DNA from: an uncultured Desulfohalobiaceae bacterium
GTDB lineage: Bacteria > Desulfobacterota > Desulfovibrionia > Desulfovibrionales > CAZUBS01
Length of the DNA: 64,000 nucleotides
NCBI GenBank assembly: GCA_964594925.1
Contig: CAZQOG010000001.1
Coordinates: 3,239-67,238 of the forward strand
Direction of reading: 5' to 3'
In this document: piece after piece, positions 34,701-41,855 of the stretch
How the letters are laid out: the number at the start of each line of letters is the position of its first letter
How positions within the stretch are numbered: the first letter of the stretch is position 1
Position numbers and translations under genes: made by a program
Notes under the pieces: generated by a model
The model's database searches: none
What the model was told of the DNA's origin: nothing
The model's input: only the letters and a program-made list of their open reading frames with translations

Positions 34701-36060
34701 CCCGGAGCCGGGCAGCTATCGCCTGCAACTCCCCCTGACCTGGAGCCTCTTCCCCTGGACCCTTGAAATGCGCCGCAACCAAGCGATTTCCGGGTATCTG
34801 CGCTCAGCCCTGCGGCTGGATGCGGTCTCCGAGGCCCTGGCCCTGGACGACCAGTTCTTTGACGGCACGGCCAGTGTCGACATCACCCTGGCCGGCACCT
34901 GGTCCGGGCCGGAATTGTCCGGGGGGGGCGACCTGACTGGTGGAAGCTATGAAAACATCGCCTCGGGGACAGCCATCTCCAGCATAAGCGGCAGCTTGTC
35001 CTCCCTGCGGGACAACACCTTCGCGGTCGACCTGAGCGGTTCCGGTCCGGGAGGCGGCCGGGTCGAGCTGACCGGAACCCTGGGCGTGCCCCCCCTGAGC
35101 CCGCTGCACTACGACCTGCGTGCGGAAGTGGAGCAGGCCCGGCTTGTCCAGCGCGACCGGCTCCAAAGCACGGCCACCGGGACCATGCGGGTCGATGGTG
35201 ATGCCCAGGGGCTGAGCCTGAGCGGAAGGCTGACCCTGGACCCGTCAGAGCTGCGCCTGCGAAGCGGTACACCGGACATGGTCTCCATCCCCATCGAGGA
35301 GGTCAATGTTGACGACAGGCACACCTCGCCGGATCAGGACGGATCCGGCTTTGTAAGCCGCCTGGATGTAGCCCTGGAGTTTCCCGCCCGGCTCTCCGTG
35401 CGCGGACGGGGGCTTGACTCGGAATGGCGGGGAAAGCTGTCCGCAGGTGGAACCGCAGACCGGCCCGAGCTCCGAGGGCGCCTGCAGGTGGTCCGGGGCA
35501 CCTACACCTTTCTCGGGGAACGCTTCCAGCTCGACCAGGGCAGCATCACATTTGACGGCGCTTCCCCCCCCAACCCACTGGTGGACCTGACTGCCATCAA
35601 CCGTGATAACGGCTTCGAGGCCCGGGTCCTGCTGTCGGGGCAGCCCGACAATCTCACGGTGACCCTGGAGTCCGATCCCGCCCTTCCCCGGGACGAAATC
35701 CTGGCCCGGGTCCTTTTCGGCCGCTCCGTGTCCGAGCTTTCACCCCTGCAGGCCCTCAAGCTGGCCCAGACCGTGGGGCAGCTGACCGGGAGGGATACGG
35801 GGCCCGACGTGCTGGGCGAGACCAGGGAGTTCCTGGGGGTGGACGAGCTCGAGATAGGCCAGGGCGCGGCCGGCGGCACGACCCTGGGCATCGGGACCTA
35901 CATCCACGAGGACATCTACATCAAGGGCGAAAAAGGCCTTGACCCCGAGGACGACGCAATCTCCGTGGAGATCGAGATCACCCCCAACATCGGCCTGGAA
36001 ACAGAGGTCGGCGGCTCCGGCCGCAGCGGCGTGGAGCTGTTCTGGAAGAAGGATTATTGA
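31720..36060 (+). CDS. tamB: translocation and assembly module inner-membrane subunit TamB (DUF490 C-terminus)
   Basis: 1446 aa. N-terminal TM anchor, long beta-rich repetitive body. C-terminal ...TLGIGTYIHEDIYIKGEKG...IEITPNIGLETEVG motif typical of TamB. Confidence 0.85.
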   Translation: MSKRRLLRRILRAAGLSLAATMLILGGMFAFLQTDMGQLFLARWLSASLSSPGASVSIQGLGGTFPWSLRVLSIEVADDQGSWLTADNLYLQLKPGELLHGRAHLPLIQLDKLNLHRLPEGHDRAEPSETATLPSLNLPPLDIDHLAVASLVIHEPLARQQLQLSITGSTNLAGPTSTARLTAASLQGPETNLQGRFQLSRDDPGGLLVDVSYFEAPGGLLGTALPQTSQNASLKLDLNGQGPLRDWQGSYSIACGDLVRSRGDLHLDGLDSARLTVDGQMTLEASLLPPWLRQEPGPDGTFRLVLSRAKDGAVLLNSLRLEGGGSKLALQGDVDLTRGVLQAQFSLRTPLAAELLDRAADIDVQGLTRFSGSLKGSFEEPILAVAAPARALRFQDVGIEDAGVEATLHVRPSGPRAGLKVNATIQARQAELPGFTSPLSPVSLDLSGSTADFTTLHLERVVLKERTAMVTARGDLNLDSRNVNARVELRDLALERLSGMAATGLHGGLDLDLDLSGSLDQPLLNLTLEGAVTDLGGVPKEASPMIGDHISLDGGGSLRGSRLQVDSLQVSGLSTLSLNGTVDVASNAFDLEYAIASGDPAPLLASTPVSMDAPPQFHGTLQGTDGDFTLKLVAETPLLAVAGRELHSPALSFELSSLPETGFTGRAGLRADFQGRPLTGSLDLQLPGKELLLNNILLRSGSTELQGSATISTGPYMVQAKARLLAPDLSLWEDLVPLDGPAGSLDAALRARFDRTLQMDMEGEIVGLSLARTSIKQASFELSGENLLADPEFTTTVQAREMRWKHALLPSTRLTLSGTPNRIGFTGSLSALAPMRGSLDLSGQVERRESGTLLTLDNLQGRADRVDFALDGPADIRFAPGSLTIRDLALHTDHGLLNLEGTADEDALDVRAVMEDLDPALFSALAGLPLEGRISGKATLTGEADAPLLQADFSGRDLQVASGRIGQLSPFDMTAALRMTGRQTDIQGTISGFDPEPGSYRLQLPLTWSLFPWTLEMRRNQAISGYLRSALRLDAVSEALALDDQFFDGTASVDITLAGTWSGPELSGGGDLTGGSYENIASGTAISSISGSLSSLRDNTFAVDLSGSGPGGGRVELTGTLGVPPLSPLHYDLRAEVEQARLVQRDRLQSTATGTMRVDGDAQGLSLSGRLTLDPSELRLRSGTPDMVSIPIEEVNVDDRHTSPDQDGSGFVSRLDVALEFPARLSVRGRGLDSEWRGKLSAGGTADRPELRGRLQVVRGTYTFLGERFQLDQGSITFDGASPPNPLVDLTAINRDNGFEARVLLSGQPDNLTVTLESDPALPRDEILARVLFGRSVSELSPLQALKLAQTVGQLTGRDTGPDVLGETREFLGVDELEIGQGAAGGTTLGIGTYIHEDIYIKGEKGLDPEDDAISVEIEITPNIGLETEVGGSGRSGVELFWKKDY

Positions 36061-36133
36061 AGCTGGAAGCTCGAAGCTGGAAGCTGGAAGCAAGAAATAT
36101 TGGAGCTGGAAGCTGGAAGCTGGAAGCAAGAGG
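36059..36133 (+). repeat. heptad element (family A), two runs
   Basis: The tamB stop TGA (36058-36060) overlaps the first GAAGCT. Units at 36059, 36066, 36073, 36080 and 36087; second run 36102-36132. Confidence 0.85.
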
Positions 36134-36310
36134 TTGAGAAGGAAAGCAGGGCGAAAGATTTTTCTTTCCTACAATACAACCCCATCCATATAGGGGCGAA
36201 TAATCATTCGCCCAGGATCATACCCAAATTACCCGCAGGCAAACGGCCTGCGGAAAAGATCTCTTGCAACAATCGTTGTGCGGAGGGTGATATTTGAGCT
36301 TCGAGCCCTC

Positions 36311-37264
36311 CTATTCTTCTTCTTGCTTCAAGCTTCCAGCTTCCAGCTTCGAGCTTGCATCTTCTCTTCTAAAGCTTCTCGGATGGGCCTGGTCGTAGAC
36401 CGTGGTGATCCTGGACAGGGTGAGGTGGGTGTAACGCTGGGTGGTTGCGAGCCGGGAGTGGCCCAGAAGCTCCTGAACGCTTCGAAGGTCCGCCCCTGAC
36501 TCGAGCATGTGGGTGGCGAAGCTGTGCCGCAGGGTGTGCGGGCTGACGTCCTGGGGCAGGCCTGCGGCCCTGGAGAGCCGCTCCACGATGCGGTTGGCCT
36601 CCCGGCGCTGCAGGCGACCCCCCCGCATGCCCAAAAACAGGGCCCGCTGCCCCGGAGGCGGTGAAAAGGCACCCCGCACGTCCAGGTAGCGCAGCAACCG
36701 CTCCCTGGCCGCCCTGGTCAGCAGGGCGATCCTCTCCTTGCCCCCTTTGCCCTGGACACGGGTCACCCCCTCGCCCAAGTCGATGTCCACCACATCCAGG
36801 CCCAGGGCCTCGCTGATGCGCAGCCCCGATCCGTAGAGCAGCTCGGCCAGGGCCAGGTCGCGGCAGCCGCGGGGGCCCGCCTCGACGGACGCCTCCATCA
36901 GGGACAGGGCCTGATCGACATTGAGGGCCCTGGGATGGCGGCTCTCCTGCTTGGGGTTGGAGGTGCCCGAGCTTGGGTCTTTGCGCAGCAGCTTGCGTCG
37001 ACGGCAGTACCCGAAAAAGGAGCGGGCCGCGGAAAGCTTGCGCGCCATGGTGGACCTGCGCAGCCCCCGGCGGTGCATCTCCCCCAGATAGCCCCGCAGG
37101 TGGTCCCGCTGCACCGCGGAGGGGGTTTTCAGGCTCAGCCCGTGGCGCTTGAGAAAGCTCTCCAGCTGCTCCAGGTCGCGGCCGTAGGCCGTGACCGTAG
37201 CCGGGGAGTAGCCCTTCTCCACCTCGAGCCAGGCCAGGAAATCTTTGACCGGGTCACGGGGCAT
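36311..37264 (-). CDS. tyrosine site-specific recombinase XerC/XerD family, with a repeat-encoded C-terminal tail
   Basis: 317 aa. N-terminal SAM-like core-binding domain. Catalytic HTLRHSFATHML...LLGHSRLATTQRYTH. After the usual ...YDQAHPR end, the ORF runs on about 20 codons (SFRREDASSKLEAGSLKQEEE) into heptad repeats at 36311-36356. Confidence 0.85.
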   Translation of the reverse strand: MPRDPVKDFLAWLEVEKGYSPATVTAYGRDLEQLESFLKRHGLSLKTPSAVQRDHLRGYLGEMHRRGLRRSTMARKLSAARSFFGYCRRRKLLRKDPSSGTSNPKQESRHPRALNVDQALSLMEASVEAGPRGCRDLALAELLYGSGLRISEALGLDVVDIDLGEGVTRVQGKGGKERIALLTRAARERLLRYLDVRGAFSPPPGQRALFLGMRGGRLQRREANRIVERLSRAAGLPQDVSPHTLRHSFATHMLESGADLRSVQELLGHSRLATTQRYTHLTLSRITTVYDQAHPRSFRREDASSKLEAGSLKQEEE

Positions 37265-38201
37265 CGCGCCGGTCCAGGGCGTAGGAGCTGCCGGTGACCT
37301 CCTTGGCCTTCTTCTTCATGTTCATGGCGATCTGGGAGGCCTGGCCGTAGTGCTTAAGCCGGCCGCCCTCGTTGAAGACAACCCCCACGGAGATGGCCAC
37401 AAAGGGAAACTCCCGCACCACCCCCCGGCGGTCTGTGGAACTGATAAAGCCCCTGCGCCGGTCCTCGGGGTCGTAGAAATGGGGCACGATGCTGTCGAAG
37501 CTCTCCACGATGCGCTGGCAGGCGGCCTCGGCCTTGTCCGGTTCCAGAATGATCACGAAGTCGTCCCCGCCCACGTGTCCGACAAAGGAATCCGCCCCCA
37601 CAAAGGCCCGGATGGTGTTCACGATCACCCGGGCGGACATCATCAGCACCTCGTCCCCGCGGGAGAAGCCGTACTTGTCGTTGAAGGACTTGAAATGGTC
37701 CAGGTCGGCATAGAGCATGGCAAAGTCCCGACCGCGTTCGATGAGGTCCTGGATGCGGTTGATGATGGAGGTGTTGCCGGGGAGCTTGGTCAGGGGGTTG
37801 GCATCCAGCCCGCGTACGGCCCGGTGCACGGTCAGGGTGATCCTGGCCCGGGCCTCCACAGGGGAGACAGGGCGGAGCAGGAAGTCGTCCACCTCGACCC
37901 TGGCGAAATCGAAGAGCTCCTCCTGGCGCTCGCTCTCCAGGCAGATCAGGACCGGGACCTGGCGGTAGACGTTTTCGCTCTTGACCAGACGCACCAGCTC
38001 GGGCGCGTCGAAGTCAGGGATGGCGCTGTCCACGATCAACAGGTCGGGAGGCTCGTTGAACAGCCGCTCGATGGCCCCCCGGCCCCGCTCGAACACGGTC
38101 CAATGGACCTCCTCCGCAGGCCACAGCCCAAGGAGCAGTTCGGTGAGCCCCGAGTCCCCGGTGAGGAGGATGAACTGCTGCTTCCGGGAGCCGAGCTTCA
38201 C
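37254..38201 (-). CDS. response-regulator-like receiver + GGDEF domain protein (GGDDF variant)
   Basis: 315 aa. REC-like N-terminus (DLLIVDSAIPDFDAPEL). DLDHFKSFNDKYGFSRGDEVL and HVGGDDFVIIL. Confidence 0.8.
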   Translation of the reverse strand: MKLGSRKQQFILLTGDSGLTELLLGLWPAEEVHWTVFERGRGAIERLFNEPPDLLIVDSAIPDFDAPELVRLVKSENVYRQVPVLICLESERQEELFDFARVEVDDFLLRPVSPVEARARITLTVHRAVRGLDANPLTKLPGNTSIINRIQDLIERGRDFAMLYADLDHFKSFNDKYGFSRGDEVLMMSARVIVNTIRAFVGADSFVGHVGGDDFVIILEPDKAEAACQRIVESFDSIVPHFYDPEDRRRGFISSTDRRGVVREFPFVAISVGVVFNEGGRLKHYGQASQIAMNMKKKAKEVTGSSYALDRRDAP

Positions 38202-39052
38202 CCTGCCTGCCCTTCCAGCTCCGGCGACATGCTCTCCAGGTCGGCCACCTCCTCGATGACCCGGTCCAGGACCCCGTCCAGATCCTGAAGTGTCAACCCC
38301 AGGGCCTTGAGGGAGTTCTTCTCCAGGTAGGGCACCTGGTCGTCCCCGCTGTTGCCCACCTCGAGGGTCTTGACCAGAAAATCAGCCACGTGCACCACGT
38401 GGGCCATGTCCGGGTAGTGCCTGGCGCTCTGGGGACGATGGTGCCAGGCCAGGCCCTCCCGCAGGTTGAGGGGCAGGTTCCAGTGATCGGCCAGCCAGGC
38501 ATTGATGCGGTCGTGTGAGAAGCCCAGGACGACCTTCTCGGCGTCGTAGTAGCTCAGGTCCCGGCGTGTGACCTGATCATCGATCTCCTGCCGGGACCCG
38601 GGCAGCTGCACCGCCACCACCACCTTGCCGATGTCGTGCAAGAGCCCGGTCACGGCATACTCTTCCGGGTCCTTGATGCCCGCGGCCTTGGCCAGGCAGT
38701 TGCTTGCCACGGCCACCCCCACGCTGTGGTCCCACAACCCGACCATGCTCTGGGCCATGATGTCGAACACCGAGGAGCTGATGATCAAGCCCCGGATGAC
38801 GTTGAACCCGAGCAGCACCAGGGCGTGCTGCACCGTACTGATGCGCCTGGGGAACCCATAGATGGAGGAGTTGACCATCTTGAGCACCTTGGCCGAGAGC
38901 ACCTGGTCGCGGGAGATGACCCTGGCTATCTCCTCGGTGGAGGAGTCCGGGTCCTGCACCAGCCTGGTCACCTTGTCCAGGACAGTGGGCAGTGTCGGCA
39001 GGTCCTTGACCGCCAGGATCTGCCCCTTGCGTTCGGTCTGCAGGTCGTCCAT
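38198..39052 (-). CDS. HDOD domain protein
   Basis: 284 aa. LPTLPTVLDKVTRLVQDPDSSTEEIARVISRDQVLSAKVLKMVNSSIYGFPRRISTVQHALVLLG, later LLHDIGK. 4-nt overlap with the GGDEF gene. Confidence 0.85.
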   Translation of the reverse strand: MDDLQTERKGQILAVKDLPTLPTVLDKVTRLVQDPDSSTEEIARVISRDQVLSAKVLKMVNSSIYGFPRRISTVQHALVLLGFNVIRGLIISSSVFDIMAQSMVGLWDHSVGVAVASNCLAKAAGIKDPEEYAVTGLLHDIGKVVVAVQLPGSRQEIDDQVTRRDLSYYDAEKVVLGFSHDRINAWLADHWNLPLNLREGLAWHHRPQSARHYPDMAHVVHVADFLVKTLEVGNSGDDQVPYLEKNSLKALGLTLQDLDGVLDRVIEEVADLESMSPELEGQAG

Positions 39053-39055
39053 GGG

Positions 39056-39400
39056 TCAGTCCTTGCCGGCGGCCGGGGGTGCGGCTGTCGCCCCGCTCAG
39101 ATTTTCCTGAAAATGGCTTGTGAGGAAGCCCTTGACCTGCTCCATCCAGGGGTCGTCCTCGTGGCTTCGAAAGAGGTGGTCCAGCCGTTGCAGCCGCTGT
39201 GCGATGGACACCGCGCCGGGCAGACCCTCGACGTCCCCCTTGACCACCAGGGAGGCCACCTCCATGCGCTCCAGCGTGGCCAGGATGCCGGACGTCAGCT
39301 CGGTCCCCTCGGCCACGAGCACCATGCCGCTGTCCCCCCTGAACACGGGTTTGGCCAGGACCATCCCCGGCCGGGCCATGCTGAGCGGAACTTTCGCCAT
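39056..39400 (-). CDS. hypothetical protein (resembles small N-terminal modules found on some HD-GYP proteins)
   Basis: 114-aa ORF tightly packed upstream of the HDOD gene. No motif I can name with certainty. Confidence 0.45.
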   Translation of the reverse strand: MAKVPLSMARPGMVLAKPVFRGDSGMVLVAEGTELTSGILATLERMEVASLVVKGDVEGLPGAVSIAQRLQRLDHLFRSHEDDPWMEQVKGFLTSHFQENLSGATAAPPAAGKD

Positions 39401-39432
39401 GCAATCTCCCCTTGAAATGTTTTCCTCTCCGG

Positions 39433-40578
39433 TCAGGCAAGCCGATAATACATCCCGGGCAGCTGCCTGACTACCCCCTGAACCTCAAGTACGGACAGGA
39501 CCCTGCTCGCGCCCCCGCTGTCCCATCCCAGGGACCGGGTCAGCGCATCGAGGTGCAGGCACCCACCCTCACCCAGCGCCTCCACGACCTGCTGCTGCTC
39601 CGGGGTCAGGTTCCTGGGAGGCGGCGGTCCCGTGTCTTTCTGAGCTGGGGCGGTCCCCTTTCCGCTCGGATCTGCAGCTCTCCAGGCCTTGAGCAATGGT
39701 TCGAGCTCGACCAGCACGTCCTCGGCGCTGCGGGCCAGGAAAGCTCCCTGCCGGATCAACTCGTGGCATCCGTCGTGACGAAGGCTGTCCACGGGCCCGG
39801 GCACGGCAAAGACCTCCCTGTTCTGATCCAGGGCCTGCATGGCCGTGATCAGGCTGCCGCTCCTGGAGGCGGCCTGGACCACCACCACCCCCAGGGAGAT
39901 CCCGCTGATGATCCGGTTGCGGCGGGGGAAGTTATGGGCGTCTGGCGGGGTGCCGGGTGAAAACTCGGTCAGCAGCAGCCCTGCCTCGCTCATGCGGCCC
40001 CAGAGGTCGCGGTTGGAAGCCGGGTAGACCAGATCCAGCCCCGTGCCCAGGACCCCGATGGTGCTCCCGCTGCCGGTGAGCGCGCTGGCGTGGGCCTGGC
40101 GGTCGATGCCCTGGGCAAAGCCGGAAGCAATGGTCACCCCGGCCCGGGAAAGCCCCCCGGCCAGGCGGCCGGCCATGTCCAATCCGTACCGGGAGCAGTC
40201 CCTTGCACCCACCATGCCCACCACGGGGCGCTGCAGCAGGGACACGTCCCCACGGTAATAGAGCACTGGCGGGGCATCCGGGATCTGCCGCAGCAGGGAA
40301 GGATACGCACCATCGCTCCACAGCAGCACCTTGAGACCCTGCTCCCTGGCCAGGGAGCGCTCCCTGGTGGCAGCCTTTCGCCACCCTTCACCGAGGAAGG
40401 CCGTGACCACCTTCTGCCTGACCAGCCCCTGGCCGGTCCAGGCCCGGACATTGGCCACGGCCCCGCCGGCGGAGCCGTAGTACCCAAGCAGGCTGCCCAC
40501 GGTGCGCAGCCCCAGCCCGCGGGTGTGCACAAGGGCCAGACAGGACCAGTACTCGTGTTCGCGCGTGGTGTGGGGCAT
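39433..40578 (-). CDS. dprA: DNA-processing protein A
   Basis: 381 aa. VGMVGARDCSRYG...GVTIASGFAQGIDRQAHASAL...VVVQAASRSGSLITA Rossmann-like DprA core, C-terminal winged-helix-like tail. Confidence 0.9.
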   Translation of the reverse strand: MPHTTREHEYWSCLALVHTRGLGLRTVGSLLGYYGSAGGAVANVRAWTGQGLVRQKVVTAFLGEGWRKAATRERSLAREQGLKVLLWSDGAYPSLLRQIPDAPPVLYYRGDVSLLQRPVVGMVGARDCSRYGLDMAGRLAGGLSRAGVTIASGFAQGIDRQAHASALTGSGSTIGVLGTGLDLVYPASNRDLWGRMSEAGLLLTEFSPGTPPDAHNFPRRNRIISGISLGVVVVQAASRSGSLITAMQALDQNREVFAVPGPVDSLRHDGCHELIRQGAFLARSAEDVLVELEPLLKAWRAADPSGKGTAPAQKDTGPPPPRNLTPEQQQVVEALGEGGCLHLDALTRSLGWDSGGASRVLSVLEVQGVVRQLPGMYYRLA

Positions 40579-40716
40579 AGGGTTCCGGCTTCAGCTTCCT
40601 GCCTTGCTTAAGTTGAAAAATTGCGGCAGTAAAGCCGCGGTTCCTGCACGTGCCCGCCGGTTTCTTCTCGTTTGTACCGATGCAAAAGAGCGGGCCTGAC
40701 TGAAAGGAGTGGCCCC

Positions 40717-41628
40717 ATGCCCTATCCGGAGCCTGCCCTGAATGCTTTTGCCCTGGCCCTGCTCGGACTGTGCGCCGCCACCTCCCTGGGGTCTTCCCTG
40801 ACGGCTCTTGTCAGCGAGATCCACGCCTGGGCAGCCCGCAAGGTCTTTGCCGAAAAATTCTCCCGGCACATGGCCCGTCTCGGGCTGGTGAGCGGCAGCG
40901 TTGTTGTGATCGTTTTTGCCGCCTGGTGGGTCATCGTGCTGCGGGCCCGGGGTCATGACCCGGCCGTGCCCCCGGACATCCTGGCGCTTCCGGCGCTCCT
41001 CGGGGCCACGGCATGCATCACCCTGGCCATCTTCGTGCTGTCCTTCACGGCCCTGCGCAGGATCAGGGTGGTGCGCCTGCTGGTCGTGGCCATGGCCCTG
41101 GCCGCCATGGCGGGGTGCGTTCTTTCGGGGACCCGGCTGCTGCTTTTGATGCCGGTCATCGTCACCGGACAGGGCACGGCCTTCCCAGGGACGCTGCTTT
41201 CCACGGCACCCCTCTTTGTGCTGGCCCAGCTCGCTCTTCTGGCACCTGGCTCCGGAGGCGTGCTGGGCATGGTCTATCTGCTGACCCGCCGCAACCGTGA
41301 CGACTTCGGGCGCGACTACTACCGCTGGGCGGTTTCACGAGCCGCGGCCTGGGGCACAACCTGCCCCCTGGTCCTGGCTGGTACCGCTGCCCTGGTCGCA
41401 CGTACCTTTTCCCAGCCGCTGACCGGGCTTGTTGAAATCCCCTCCCTGCTCGTTCCGCTGGGGCTGGGTCTCGTGCTGCTGCTCGCCGTTTCCGGGCTGT
41501 GCCTGACCATCCTGCGCAACCAGCACCCCATGCGCCTCAAGGTCAGAATGGTCCTTGCCGCCCTCTGTCTCCTGGCCGGCACCGGACTGCTGACCCACGC
41601 CCAGCTGGGACCCCTCGCGGGCTTGTAA
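40717..41628 (+). CDS. polytopic membrane protein, unknown function
   Basis: About 303 aa from the ATG at 40717 (track ORF starts at 40672). Multiple hydrophobic helices. No recognisable motif. Confidence 0.55.
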   Translation: MPYPEPALNAFALALLGLCAATSLGSSLTALVSEIHAWAARKVFAEKFSRHMARLGLVSGSVVVIVFAAWWVIVLRARGHDPAVPPDILALPALLGATACITLAIFVLSFTALRRIRVVRLLVVAMALAAMAGCVLSGTRLLLLMPVIVTGQGTAFPGTLLSTAPLFVLAQLALLAPGSGGVLGMVYLLTRRNRDDFGRDYYRWAVSRAAAWGTTCPLVLAGTAALVARTFSQPLTGLVEIPSLLVPLGLGLVLLLAVSGLCLTILRNQHPMRLKVRMVLAALCLLAGTGLLTHAQLGPLAGL

Positions 41629-41633
41629 AAAGA

Positions 41634-41839
41634 GGTTCTTCGACGTTTTATGGATTTATTGGAAGTCGAAGATCCTTATTCTGGTAGGGGCGCGTGGCAC
41701 GCGCCCTTTCTTCTGTCACACTTTGGTTCCGGCACGAGGTTCCGGCCAAAGGCAGGGCGGCTGCCAGCCGCCCCTACCAGATAGGAACTACTCCTTGCGA
41801 AATTTTTTTGGGCATTTCCACACGAAATGTCGAAGAACC
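41634..41839. repeat. nested composite: GGTTCTTCGAC-type inverted ends enclosing a REPIN (41680-41781)
   Basis: Left end GGTTCTTCGACGTTTTATGGA (41634-41654). Right end TCCACACGAAATGTCGAAGAACC (41817-41839). Inside is TCTGGTAGGGGCGCGTGGCACGCGCCC...GGGCGGCTGCCAGCCGCCCCTACCAGA. Confidence 0.8.
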
Positions 41840-41855
41840 TAAAAGAGAGTACTTC

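Noticed and set aside
36311-37264. Tyrosine recombinase as a marker of a prophage, integron or genomic island.
   Set aside because: It has the XerC/XerD-type sequence, is embedded in a tightly overlapping operon with signalling genes and dprA, and has no phage, attC-like or cargo genes around it. tRNA-Pro is 16 kb away with no integrase beside it.
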